64,000 nt of DNA from the NCBI GenBank assembly GCA_043810695.1, contig JBDRNV010000002.1, positions 5,015-69,014 of the forward strand, read 5' to 3'. Below are positions 8,614 through 18,522 of the stretch, piece after piece; position 1 is the stretch's first letter, and the number at the start of each line of letters is the position of its first letter. The position numbers and the translations under genes are program-made. The DNA comes from Nanobdellota archaeon (GTDB lineage: Archaea > Nanobdellota > Nanobdellia > Pacearchaeales > GW2011-AR1). A model generated the notes under the pieces. The model made no database searches, was not told where the DNA came from, and saw nothing but the letters and a program-made list of their open reading frames with translations.

Positions 8614-9012
8614 ATGGTTAAAGTAAGAATGATGAATGAAGAACTCTTTGCTAAAACTTTAAAAGAGTTCAACGTTGCAGGAGAGCTTATTAGAGCAAGA
8701 CAGGAAGAAAAGCAAGGTCTTTTAGATGAATTCGATAAAGAGTGCAAAAGATTCTTTTTTGGAAAAATTTCAGAGAAAGCTTTGGTATCTTCTGTTAAAA
8801 AGACAAATGACGAATTGCATAGACTTGATAAAGAAACAAGAGAAAATATGTCAAAAGCAAGATCAGCAGGATCCAGAGCATTGGGAATTATTTCAGCTCA
8901 AACACCAGTAGGCTATAGAGCAACTCTTTCAGGACTTTCAGGCGGAAAAAAGAGCGCAAAGAAAAGAAAGAAAAGAAAAGCAAAAAAAGCAAGAAGGAAA
9001 AAGAAAAGATAA
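8614..9012 (+). CDS. hypothetical protein with poly-Lys/Arg tail
   Basis: AGGAGG 14 nt upstream of ATG; C-terminus KKSAKKRKKRKAKKARRKKKR. Confidence 0.4.
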   Translation: MVKVRMMNEELFAKTLKEFNVAGELIRARQEEKQGLLDEFDKECKRFFFGKISEKALVSSVKKTNDELHRLDKETRENMSKARSAGSRALGIISAQTPVGYRATLSGLSGGKKSAKKRKKRKAKKARRKKKR

Positions 9013-9115
9013 TTTTTTTAATTTTTAATTTTTTCCCTTAATTTGTCCAAGCGTAAATTAGTTTTTTATTTATAATATTGTAAATAACAAAAAGGGAGTA
9101 TTTTTTATTTGATTT

Positions 9116-9583
9116 ATGGGAAGAATATCTCTTTATAAAATTGAAGGATTTGAATCTCCAAAATATAATTTTAGAATTTCTTTACTTGATAGTTTTGTAA
9201 AAATTATATCAAAAAAAGAATTATCTAAAGATTTTTATGAAAATATCATTGAAGAAGGAAAGTATCTTATCAAACAAAATTTTTCAGCGCCCCTTATACC
9301 TAATTATGAACCATATATTTTTTCAAAAAATGAAAAAGGAAATCTTACTTATCTTTTAAATTCTGTAAGAATTCCAAAAATTCGAAAAGAAGCACCTGTT
9401 CTTGACATTTACTATAATTTTGATTTAAAAATTTCAAACTCTGAAGAATATATTGATTATTTTTCACATAACATCGATAACTGGATGCAAGCTTCCACAT
9501 TGCTTCTTCTTTGGTTAAAATGGATAAGTAATGTGAATTTAGAATTAAAACATAAACAAGGGGATTTAATTATAAAAATTTGA
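9116..9583 (+). CDS. hypothetical protein
   Basis: 155-aa ORF, no recognised motif. Confidence 0.35.
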   Translation: MGRISLYKIEGFESPKYNFRISLLDSFVKIISKKELSKDFYENIIEEGKYLIKQNFSAPLIPNYEPYIFSKNEKGNLTYLLNSVRIPKIRKEAPVLDIYYNFDLKISNSEEYIDYFSHNIDNWMQASTLLLLWLKWISNVNLELKHKQGDLIIKI

Positions 9584-9592
9584 GAAATCTAA

Positions 9593-10399
9593 TTATTTTA
9601 TAGACTTCATTTCTCTCCAGGCAAGTTCAAACAATTGCTCAAGCGCCTGAGCAAAGAATTCTGTGTTTATCCAAACACCAATATCATAGTTTGGATGGAA
9701 TTTTTCATCATCAAGGAGCATGAACATAAGCTGGGTGGAATCAATTACTGTAAATCTTGCCTTGAATTTTTCTATATTTTTTACTTCTGCAACTTTTTTG
9801 AATTCTCTTGCAACTTTTATATTATTATTGTTTATTGGTGCAGCTATCCTTATTTTTACCCCTCTTTTTTTACATTTTTCAAGACTTGGCATTAATACTT
9901 CTAATTTTCTATTAAGCCCTTCAGCTGTTGTCATGATTGTTATTGTTTCTTCAGCGTCTCTTATCATCATATCAAGATGATTGTAAAGATTTTGTCTTCC
10001 TTTAAGACTTCCAGATAAATCAGAAGGCTCTACAAATTTCACTCCTTTTGTAAAGAGTGAGGTTAGTTCCTCAAGAACCTCGTCATTTTTCAGAGCTTCA
10101 AGTCTTTTGGATCTTTCTTTTGCCTCAACCATAAGATTTTTCTTTGCTCTTTCAACAACTTCTGTAGGTTTTAATGCGAAGAATTTTATAGGTTTGCCAA
10201 GCTTCATGACAATAAACCCTTTCTTTTCAAGGCTTTCAAGGATATCATATGTTCTTGAACGTGGAACATCAGAAATACTGCTCAATTCCCCGGCTGTTGA
10301 AGTTCCCCTCGAGAGAAGGGCTGTCCATACCTTAACTTCATATAAATTCAAATCAAAAATTTTTCTTAATCTGCTTAAAAATTCTTCCTTTATTATCAT
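9593..10399 (-). CDS. trmB: TrmB-family transcriptional regulator
   Basis: 'YEVKVWTALLSRGTSTAGELSSISDVPRSRTYDILESLEKKGFI' wHTH typical of TrmB. Confidence 0.75.
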   Translation of the reverse strand: MIIKEEFLSRLRKIFDLNLYEVKVWTALLSRGTSTAGELSSISDVPRSRTYDILESLEKKGFIVMKLGKPIKFFALKPTEVVERAKKNLMVEAKERSKRLEALKNDEVLEELTSLFTKGVKFVEPSDLSGSLKGRQNLYNHLDMMIRDAEETITIMTTAEGLNRKLEVLMPSLEKCKKRGVKIRIAAPINNNNIKVAREFKKVAEVKNIEKFKARFTVIDSTQLMFMLLDDEKFHPNYDIGVWINTEFFAQALEQLFELAWREMKSIK

Positions 10400-10465
10400 T
10401 TTATTATTTTTTATAAGGGTGCATCTTTTTAAAGATTGTTATGATAAAAGAGTAACCTAAAGGGA

Positions 10466-13345
10466 TTACCCGCTGGTAATGATAATTATTATGCCTCTTT
10501 TATCTCTTATATTAAAAGAGATTTTGTTTTTAAATTTTTCCTTTAAATGAATAGTATCGAGGATGTTTTTTATTTCAATCTCCAATTTTTTTGAGTTTGT
10601 TCTCTCTTTTATAAAAGATTTTTGCGTTTCCAATATTTTTTTGAAATCTCCGTCGGTAATTATAATCAGCTCCACACTGTCTTTTTTCTGTAAACCAATT
10701 TTTTTTCTGAAATCCTGTACTTTTCTTGATAACTCGCGCGCATAACCTTCTGCTTCAAGTTCAGGAGTTAGTTTAACGTCTAATGTTATACCCAAAGAAT
10801 CTAATTTAGGAACTTTATCAAAATAAACTTCCTTAACATTTAATTGAGATTTAATTAATTCTTTAATATCATTACTAATATCAAATTTAGCAGAAATATT
10901 TGCTGATTTTAATGGCCATTTTAAACCAATTTTAGCAGTTTCTCTTTCATATAACCCTTTTTCAATTATCCCAAATACATTTTCAAATTCTCCTTCTAAT
11001 TTTTTATTAATCTTCTTTACATCTGCTTTTGGCCAGGAACACAAATGAACACTTTCTTCTCTAACAATTTTCTTTTTTCTCAAATCCTGCCATACTGCTT
11101 CTGTTAAAAAAGGAATAATTGGAGAACAAATTTTAATTAGAACTGCATAAACTTCTTTTAAAACATAAAGACAAGATTTATCTTCATTTGCTATTCTATC
11201 TCTTACAAATTTGATATATCTCCTGCTTAAATCATTCAACCAAAAATCTTGTAATAATCTAGTAGCTGTAAAGTAGCGCATTTCTCCAATTTCTTTTGTT
11301 GCATTTTTTATAAGAGAATTTAATTTTGATAAAATCCATTTGTCTTCTACTTTGGATATTTTAGTTTTACTTTTATTTTCAATAAGCCGGCTTATATTGA
11401 ATAAAATATTTAGATTATTTTGCGGTTCTTTGATAACCTTAAATCCAAATCTTAGTTCAGAAGCAGGATCTTGCAGGCAGTATAATAATCGCATTGGATC
11501 TGCCCCCATTTTTTCAACAGCGTCGTTAAACCATATTACATTTCCTTTGCTTTTATGCATTTCTTCTCCATTTTCATCTTTTACAGATTCATATCCTAAA
11601 ATTGATTTAAATGGAGCCTTGCCTGTTATTGTTACAGAAGCCCACATTAAAGCATTAAACCATCCCCTGTATTGCCCGGGCAGATTTTCAGAAATAAAGT
11701 CAGCAGGAAACCATTTTTTCCAATATTTTTTATCATTTAAATAATTCAAAGTTGAAAATGGAACAATTCCAGCATCAATCCATGCATCTCCTGTATCAGG
11801 TATTCTTTGAACTTCTTTTCCGCATTTTTTGCATTTAATCTTTATTTCATCTATCCATGGACGGTGTATTTCTTGAAGAGCATCTACTTTCTTTTTATCA
11901 ACAGCTGATTCTCTTAATTCTTTTAAATTTCCAGCAACAAAAATTTCTCCGCATGTGCATTCCCAGATTGGCAAAGGCAACCCCCAAAATCTTTTTCTTG
12001 ATATAAGCCAATCATCCATATTTTCAAACCAATCTTCCTGCCTTATTTTTCCATATTCAGGATACCATTTAATTTTCTTATTTTCACTAATTAGCTTATT
12101 TCGAATTTCCTTGCATTTTATATACCACTCATCAACCAACCTAAAAACTAATTCTTCACCGCATCTCCAGCAGTGAGGATATCTATGAGAATAATTTTCT
12201 ATCTTATACACAAATCCTCTTTTTTCCATGTCTTGCATTACTTCTTTATTAACTTCTGAATATTTTTTATTGCTGAAATTTGAATAATCATTTCCATAGA
12301 AACCCATTTCATTTAATGGAGATATTGAAGGTAGTTTCAATTTTTTTCCTAATTGATAGTCTTCTGAACCGCATCCAGGAGCGCAGTGCACGATTCCTGT
12401 TCCTTCTTCTTCAGAAGCAAAATCCCATAATACAACTTTATGAGGAGAATCTTTTTGCTGTTTTAAGTAAGAATAAGGCATTTCATATTTTATTCCTTCA
12501 AGTTCTTTTCCTTTTTTTCTTTCAATAATTTTGTAATTCCCTTTTATTTCTTCAAGTCTTTTTTCAGCAAGCCAGTAATATTCATCCTCCTGCTTTATTT
12601 TTACATAATCAATCTTTTCATTTACAGCTATAACAACATTTGCAGGAACAGTCCATGGAGTAGTTGTGAAAATTAAGAAATATTCTTTTTTCTTTCCAAG
12701 AACAGGAAATCTCATAAATAATGCTTTATGGCTTACCTCCCAATATCCTTCTGTTACTATATCATGCTTTGAACTTGCTGTCCCGCATCTCCAGCACCAC
12801 GGCACAGCATCTTTTCCTTTATACAACCAGCCCTTGTCATAATATTTTTTCAATAAAAACCAGTTATGTAAATTGTTATTTTTAGACATCGTATAATAAC
12901 TATTCTTCCAATCCATCCATTGCCCAAGTTTTAGAGATTGTTCTGTCTGTATAGCTGAGAATTTTTCAACTCTTTTCTTGCATGATTTTACAAAATTAAG
13001 AACCCCAAATCTTTCAATATCTTCTTTATTTTTTAATCCCAAATCTTTTTCTTCTTCTCTTTCAACCCATAATCCCTGACAATCAAAACCATTTTGCCAC
13101 CTTAAATCATAACCATTCATAGCCTTAAATCTAAGAAATAAATCTTTGTAGGTTCTTCCTCTTGCATGATGAACACCCATCGGGTTATTCGCAGTTATAG
13201 GTCCATCAATAAAACTACACCTTTTCTTACCCCTATTTTTCTTAACTAGTTTTTTAAATATTTTGTTTCTTTCCCAAAATTTCCTTATTTCTTCTTCTAT
13301 TTGTTTAAAGTTGTACATTTTACAAAACATAAACAAATCACTCAT
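10466..13345 (-). CDS. ileS: isoleucyl-tRNA synthetase (type 2)
   Basis: 'DGPITANNPMGVHHA' (GPxTAN..G.HH), 'WCWRCGT', 'MHKSKGN' KMSKS variant; real start may be ATG at 13318 (MYNFKQ). Confidence 0.8.
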   Translation of the reverse strand: MSDLFMFCKMYNFKQIEEEIRKFWERNKIFKKLVKKNRGKKRCSFIDGPITANNPMGVHHARGRTYKDLFLRFKAMNGYDLRWQNGFDCQGLWVEREEEKDLGLKNKEDIERFGVLNFVKSCKKRVEKFSAIQTEQSLKLGQWMDWKNSYYTMSKNNNLHNWFLLKKYYDKGWLYKGKDAVPWCWRCGTASSKHDIVTEGYWEVSHKALFMRFPVLGKKKEYFLIFTTTPWTVPANVVIAVNEKIDYVKIKQEDEYYWLAEKRLEEIKGNYKIIERKKGKELEGIKYEMPYSYLKQQKDSPHKVVLWDFASEEEGTGIVHCAPGCGSEDYQLGKKLKLPSISPLNEMGFYGNDYSNFSNKKYSEVNKEVMQDMEKRGFVYKIENYSHRYPHCWRCGEELVFRLVDEWYIKCKEIRNKLISENKKIKWYPEYGKIRQEDWFENMDDWLISRKRFWGLPLPIWECTCGEIFVAGNLKELRESAVDKKKVDALQEIHRPWIDEIKIKCKKCGKEVQRIPDTGDAWIDAGIVPFSTLNYLNDKKYWKKWFPADFISENLPGQYRGWFNALMWASVTITGKAPFKSILGYESVKDENGEEMHKSKGNVIWFNDAVEKMGADPMRLLYCLQDPASELRFGFKVIKEPQNNLNILFNISRLIENKSKTKISKVEDKWILSKLNSLIKNATKEIGEMRYFTATRLLQDFWLNDLSRRYIKFVRDRIANEDKSCLYVLKEVYAVLIKICSPIIPFLTEAVWQDLRKKKIVREESVHLCSWPKADVKKINKKLEGEFENVFGIIEKGLYERETAKIGLKWPLKSANISAKFDISNDIKELIKSQLNVKEVYFDKVPKLDSLGITLDVKLTPELEAEGYARELSRKVQDFRKKIGLQKKDSVELIIITDGDFKKILETQKSFIKERTNSKKLEIEIKNILDTIHLKEKFKNKISFNIRDKRGIIIIITSG

Positions 13346-13394
13346 TTTTAATGTTTTTGATAACTAATATAAATACAAAATCTCTCTCTAATTT

Positions 13395-13931
13395 ATGTGG
13401 GAAATAATACTTGTAATTTTAATACTATCTTGTCTTTTTGTAATGTCTTGGTTTCTTATGATTCCTTGGTTTTTTGGAGCGCCCTATGATATTACAAGAA
13501 AAAAAGCCCTGAAAAATATAATAAAATTAACAAATCTTCAATCAAAAGATAAAATTGCAGAATTAGGTTCTGGAGATGGAAGAATTTGTATTGCTTTAGC
13601 TAAGAAAAATCCAAAAGCAAAAATTTATGGTTTTGAAATAAACCCTTTTTTAGTTTTTATATCCAGAAGAAAAATCCGAAAATTAAATCTTCAAAATCAA
13701 ATAAAAATTTATTGGAAAAATTTCTTTAAAGTCAATCTAAAAGACTTTAACAAAATAGTCTTTTTTCAATTTCGTTCAATAATCCCAAGATTAGAAGAAA
13801 AATTCAGAAAAGAGCTAAAAACTGGTACAAAGATAATTTCTCATAACTGGCCTTTGCTTAATTGGAAAGCTAAAAAACAATTAGGTAAAAAGCATTTATT
13901 AGAAGGAATTGTTTATTTATATGAAAAATAA
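13395..13931 (+). CDS. class I SAM-dependent methyltransferase with N-terminal TM
   Basis: 'IAELGSGDGRICIALA' motif I. Confidence 0.6.
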   Translation: MWEIILVILILSCLFVMSWFLMIPWFFGAPYDITRKKALKNIIKLTNLQSKDKIAELGSGDGRICIALAKKNPKAKIYGFEINPFLVFISRRKIRKLNLQNQIKIYWKNFFKVNLKDFNKIVFFQFRSIIPRLEEKFRKELKTGTKIISHNWPLLNWKAKKQLGKKHLLEGIVYLYEK

Positions 13932-14639
13932 TTATTTTTCAAAATTCTTTAGAAAATCGCTTTCAACATAATGAAGTTTTAATGAAGGAATAATTAGACA
14001 AAATGGCTTTTCTATCTTTTTTGTTTTTAGTTTACTAATATCTCCATAATAAACTTTGAAATTATCTGTTCCTAATTGTGAGCAAACAATTATTTTATCC
14101 AGCTTAATTTTATATTTATCACCATTTTTAATTAATTTCTCTAAAGCATTCTTAAAATTCAAGCCAATATCAATTAAAATTAATGAATGTGCTTCAATGC
14201 TTAAATTTTGCTTAACAATGTTCATATAACTATCTGCTTCAAAACTTGGCATGCTTGTTATTTTTCCAAATTTGTAAATTTGAAGTCCTGTTTCTCCAAT
14301 CGCATCTAAAATAGAAGCATTATGAAAAACTTTTAAGTTAATTCCCTGCTTTTCAGCTTCCTCAAGTATTGAAACATGAGTGGTGGCGACTAAAGGTGAG
14401 CCATAAACCAGCAAAGCAATATCTATTTTTTTTGCTTCATCTAAAAATTTTAAACTCTCTACAAATCCCCTGTCTGCAGAAATAATTTTCTTTTTGATTA
14501 CTTCTTCTAATTTTTCAAAAGAATATGGAAAATCCACTGTGTAATTTTCAAGATAAATCTTTTTGCATTTTTTTAGTACTTCAAGACTCTGCTGTGAAAT
14601 TCCTTTTTCATTTAAACCCAAACCAATAAGATATAGCAT
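13932..14639 (-). CDS. dph5: diphthine synthase
   Basis: 'MLYLIGLGLNEKGIS...IYLENYT' tetrapyrrole-methylase-type N-terminus typical of Dph5. Confidence 0.8.
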   Translation of the reverse strand: MLYLIGLGLNEKGISQQSLEVLKKCKKIYLENYTVDFPYSFEKLEEVIKKKIISADRGFVESLKFLDEAKKIDIALLVYGSPLVATTHVSILEEAEKQGINLKVFHNASILDAIGETGLQIYKFGKITSMPSFEADSYMNIVKQNLSIEAHSLILIDIGLNFKNALEKLIKNGDKYKIKLDKIIVCSQLGTDNFKVYYGDISKLKTKKIEKPFCLIIPSLKLHYVESDFLKNFEK

Positions 14640-14875
14640 TATTTCTTTAAACTCCTGCTTGTAACTATTGCTATAAAAAGAAAACTAAATAATAAAATAT
14701 CATTTCCAATTATTAAACTTATAACCGCTCCGATTATACTAAAAACTATTATTAATCTAAACCATTGCTTACCTGATTTTAATTCTTCTTTCGTAAGCTT
14801 TGCCAGCCAATTTCCTAAGAAAATTCCTAATATAATAATTATAATTCCTATTGTAATTTTTATTATGTTCTGCAT
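14639..14875 (-). CDS. small membrane protein
   Basis: 78 aa, two TM helices. Confidence 0.35.
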   Translation of the reverse strand: MQNIIKITIGIIIIILGIFLGNWLAKLTKEELKSGKQWFRLIIVFSIIGAVISLIIGNDILLFSFLFIAIVTSRSLKK

Positions 14876-14974
14876 AATATAATCAGAAAAAAGACATTAA
14901 TAAATTATTTGGGTGAATAGTTGCGATATGTTATATAAAACTTTTTATACTCCTAAAAGATTCCAACTAAAATA

Positions 14975-15355
14975 ATGAAAGCAATATTATGTAATGATGG
15001 GGATTTGGAAATAATTCTCGAAACTGAAACAGAAGTAAAATCATTGAAATCTACTAAACTTGTATGTGATATTAATAGAGAAGGAGGAGAACCAATAAAA
15101 AAATCAATAAATACCGTTCTAACATTAAGTTATAATCCTGAAGGCAAATATAAAGATGGAATTAAAATTGAGCCAGCAGATGTTCCTTTTGTTGGTTGTA
15201 ACACAACTACAATAAGCATAGATACTTTAAGATATAATATTTTATCAAATAAATTTTTAACAGAGAGAAAAATTGGAACATCAAGAGGACGCCAGCATAT
15301 TGGAATTTATTCTCCTGGTGAATTCACTCCTTTTGCTCCATCTCAAAACATTTAA
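14975..15355 (+). CDS. hypothetical protein
   Basis: 126-aa ORF only. Confidence 0.35.
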   Translation: MKAILCNDGDLEIILETETEVKSLKSTKLVCDINREGGEPIKKSINTVLTLSYNPEGKYKDGIKIEPADVPFVGCNTTTISIDTLRYNILSNKFLTERKIGTSRGRQHIGIYSPGEFTPFAPSQNI

Positions 15356-15393
15356 ATATAATCTCCATTATTTTGTTATAAGAGGTTAAAAAG

Positions 15394-15678
15394 ATGTTAT
15401 CAGAGATACCAAAAAAACTGGAAAAAGTAAAAAAAGAAGATATAGATAAAGAAATATTGCGAGCAGGAATAATAGCAGAGCTTGACGCTGTAAATCTTTA
15501 TGAACAAATGGCAGCAATGACGGAAAATAAAAATATTAAAAAACTTCTTCTAGATATAGCAAAAGAAGAAAAGACACATATTGGAGAATTCCAGGCTTTA
15601 TTGCTTGAATTAGATTGGGAACAAAAAAAAGAGTTGGAAGAAGGTAAAAAAGAAGTAGAAAAATTAAAAAGAGAATAA
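15394..15678 (+). CDS. small ferritin-like/rubrerythrin-family protein
   Basis: 'AELDAVNLYEQMA' and 'AKEEKTHIGEF' (ExxH) helices. Confidence 0.5.
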   Translation: MLSEIPKKLEKVKKEDIDKEILRAGIIAELDAVNLYEQMAAMTENKNIKKLLLDIAKEEKTHIGEFQALLLELDWEQKKELEEGKKEVEKLKRE

Positions 15679-15697
15679 TTAAGCGCAATTTGAAAGC

Positions 15698-16093
15698 ATG
15701 AAAAAAAAGATTAGCAAAATTATTTATTGGACACCAAGAATTCTATCAATAATATTTATTCTATTTTTAATGCTATTTTCATTAGATATTTTTGAAGGAA
15801 ATTATGGATTCTGGGGAACAATTTTAGGATTATTTATGCATAATATTCCAGCACTTATTCTGCTGGCTGTTCTGATAATCTCTTGGAAACATGAAATAGT
15901 CGGTGGAATTGTTTTTATTTTAGCTGGATTAGGTTATACTTGTCTAATTATGTTTAGAGTAGTAGCTTCTGATTTTGCCGAATTGTACATGTTATTTTGG
16001 TCTTTAATAATTGCAGGACCTGCATTTCTCATAGGAATTTTATTTTTAATGAACTGGTTCGAAAAGAAAAAACACCATAAGTCGCGCAAGTAA
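15698..16093 (+). CDS. membrane protein, unknown
   Basis: 131 aa, four hydrophobic helices. Confidence 0.4.
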   Translation: MKKKISKIIYWTPRILSIIFILFLMLFSLDIFEGNYGFWGTILGLFMHNIPALILLAVLIISWKHEIVGGIVFILAGLGYTCLIMFRVVASDFAELYMLFWSLIIAGPAFLIGILFLMNWFEKKKHHKSRK

Positions 16094-16150
16094 AAGAATA
16101 TTAGTCTAAACCTCAACAAAATTTAAAACTTATAGAGTTCTTGTAGAATC

Positions 16151-16951
16151 ATGCCATATGAAAAATTTCTTATAGTTGCGAGCAAGCTTGACAAAGCAGG
16201 AATAAATATAACAACACAATTAAGCCAGTTCGGAGACTTCAGATTTTATCTTGTAGACAATGAAATAATCTATACAGAGAATCTTGATTTGGAGAAGATT
16301 AATTCTTATGATTTTATTATTTTTGCTTCAAAACATAAAGCAGAAGCCAGCAAAAAAACACTTTCTATTCACGCTCCTGGAAACTGGCGTTCTGCAGATT
16401 ATGGAGGAGAGAAGGAAAAAATATGTAAAAGCTCTGCCTTATTTTTTAAACATATTTTTGAGAAATTAAATTCAAATGCAGAACAATACAATCTTAAGGA
16501 TTACAAAATAACAATGGAGGCAACACACCACGGCCCTTTTATTGATAAACCATGTATATTCATAGAAATAGGTTCTACTGAAAACGAATGGACAGACAGA
16601 AAAGCTGCATTTATTATAGCAAAAACAATATCAGAAGCAATCAATGATTTTAAAGAAAATCCTTATAGCGAAATAGCAATTGCAATAGGCGGACCACATT
16701 ACTGCCCTAATTTCAACAAAATTCAGGCATCTTCAAATATAGCTATCTCTCATGTAATTCCAGGTTATGTTTTTCCATTAACAGAAGAAATGGTAAAAGA
16801 GGCTTTGGAAAAAACAGAAGAAGAAATTGATTTTATTCTTCTTGACTGGAAAGGACTTGGTCGGGCAGAACACAGGCAAAAAATTCTAGATATACTTGAT
16901 AAATTATATGTTCAATACAGAAAAACAAGCGAGATTTCTAAAGGAGACTAA
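16151..16951 (+). CDS. dtdA: archaeal-type D-aminoacyl-tRNA deacylase
   Basis: 'MEATHHGP' and 'GGPHY' motifs of DtdA. Confidence 0.75.
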   Translation: MPYEKFLIVASKLDKAGINITTQLSQFGDFRFYLVDNEIIYTENLDLEKINSYDFIIFASKHKAEASKKTLSIHAPGNWRSADYGGEKEKICKSSALFFKHIFEKLNSNAEQYNLKDYKITMEATHHGPFIDKPCIFIEIGSTENEWTDRKAAFIIAKTISEAINDFKENPYSEIAIAIGGPHYCPNFNKIQASSNIAISHVIPGYVFPLTEEMVKEALEKTEEEIDFILLDWKGLGRAEHRQKILDILDKLYVQYRKTSEISKGD

Positions 16952-17004
16952 TCTATTTATTGATATATAAGAATATTAATAAATATCTTTGGTTTTGCAT
17001 TGAT

Positions 17005-17319
17005 ATGTCATTGGTTAGGATAGTGGATAGGGATGGTTCAGAATTTGAGTTAATAGTCAATAAAAAAGATCCAAAGAAACAAAAAGAGTTTTTAGAAAAT
17101 ATTCCAATACCTAAAGGATACAATAGAATTGAAGTTAGAAAAGGTTATAGGATTATTCTAGTAGAGCTTAGACAATATGATTCTCAAAGTATAGCAAATT
17201 ATAAATCAAAGATGAATAAAATACACAAAAAGAACATGGCAAAGCTTAATGCTTCGCGTAGAGCAATATATTACGCAGTGCAAGAAGACCGCAAGAGAAG
17301 AATACTAAATTATCAATAA
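17005..17319 (+). CDS. hypothetical basic protein
   Basis: Tracked ORF begins at a TTG (16960); first ATG is 17005. Confidence 0.35.
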   Translation: MSLVRIVDRDGSEFELIVNKKDPKKQKEFLENIPIPKGYNRIEVRKGYRIILVELRQYDSQSIANYKSKMNKIHKKNMAKLNASRRAIYYAVQEDRKRRILNYQ

Positions 17320-18471
17320 TTAATTTATCACTTTTCCGTTTTCATAGACAAGCATGCTTCTTCTTCTTAACTCTTTAAAAAAAGGCTCGACAGGGACAAT
17401 TTCTTCAGGAGCATAGCTTCCTGGCTGTGTTATTACTTTACCAAATATCATCTGCGCAATTATACTTGCAGGCATACCTGTATCTATGTTGCATCCTGCA
17501 TCTTCCCATCCTTTCAATGGCGGAACAATACATTCCATAAGAATTTCTTTATTTTTTCCTTTATGTTTTCCTTTCATCAAAACCCACAAATTTTCAGTTT
17601 CTTTATAGCCAAGAGGATATTTTATTCTCTTAAGAACTTCTGTAAGAAATTCATTTGGTTTTATCTTCATTCCTCTAAAATCAATTAATTTTTCGCTTCC
17701 AAATCCTAACTCAAGCATAGCAAGTAGCTTTTCTGTTGAATGCTCTGGAAAACCAGCATAAAATTCAAGATTTTTTATTCCCTTATTTTTACAATATTCA
17801 TAAAAAGTATATGTCTCTGGATGATGCCCTACCTTAATTTGTTTTTGTTTTCCTATTGCTCTATGATAAACAATTTCAGCTGAATCAAGTGGTTTTACTA
17901 CTTCTATTTTGCCATTATGCAAATAAGGAGCATTCATAGTAAATTCTCCCAATATACTTTGTATTGAAAATGGAACAACAAATTTTTTTATGTTTGAATC
18001 CCATGAGAAACCAACTTTAACAGTATCAATTGTGTCAAACTTTTCATAAGCATATCTTAACATAACATCTCCTATTCCAGGAACACTTCCACAGCCAGTT
18101 ATATGTATCAGCCCTTTTTTCTTTAACTTATTATTCATAGCTAATTGTTTTTTTAGAATTGGAATATCAGAACCCAAATCAATTGAATGAACCCCAACTT
18201 CTGCAAACATTTTTAATGCTTTAAAATTAAAATCACCTTCTGCGCAGTTTATTACAACCTTTGCCCCTGAATTTTTTATAATTTTTTTGGATTTTTCCTC
18301 TTCCTTTAAATCAAGATAAGCAAAAGAGGTTTTCTTATTTTTTAGCAAATCTTTAACTCTGTTTTCATCTCTTCCACATAAGAGCACTGAATAACCGCAT
18401 TTTAACAAATCTTTAGTTACTATTCTTCCTTGCATTCCTGTTGCTCCAATCACACAAAAATCAAATTTCAT
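17320..18471 (-). CDS. saccharopine-dehydrogenase-family NAD(P)-binding oxidoreductase
   Basis: 'FCVIGATGMQGRIV' Rossmann N-terminus, size and layout of the family. Confidence 0.6.
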   Translation of the reverse strand: MKFDFCVIGATGMQGRIVTKDLLKCGYSVLLCGRDENRVKDLLKNKKTSFAYLDLKEEEKSKKIIKNSGAKVVINCAEGDFNFKALKMFAEVGVHSIDLGSDIPILKKQLAMNNKLKKKGLIHITGCGSVPGIGDVMLRYAYEKFDTIDTVKVGFSWDSNIKKFVVPFSIQSILGEFTMNAPYLHNGKIEVVKPLDSAEIVYHRAIGKQKQIKVGHHPETYTFYEYCKNKGIKNLEFYAGFPEHSTEKLLAMLELGFGSEKLIDFRGMKIKPNEFLTEVLKRIKYPLGYKETENLWVLMKGKHKGKNKEILMECIVPPLKGWEDAGCNIDTGMPASIIAQMIFGKVITQPGSYAPEEIVPVEPFFKELRRRSMLVYENGKVIN

Positions 18472-18522
18472 TTTTCCTCTTTTTTATTTATTTTAATATT
18501 AACAAATTTGATTTTAAATATA

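Noticed and set aside
8726-8911. 61-aa ORF overlapping 8614..9012 in another frame
   Set aside because: It lies entirely within the longer ORF, which has an AGGAGG ribosome-binding site, and it has no independent support.
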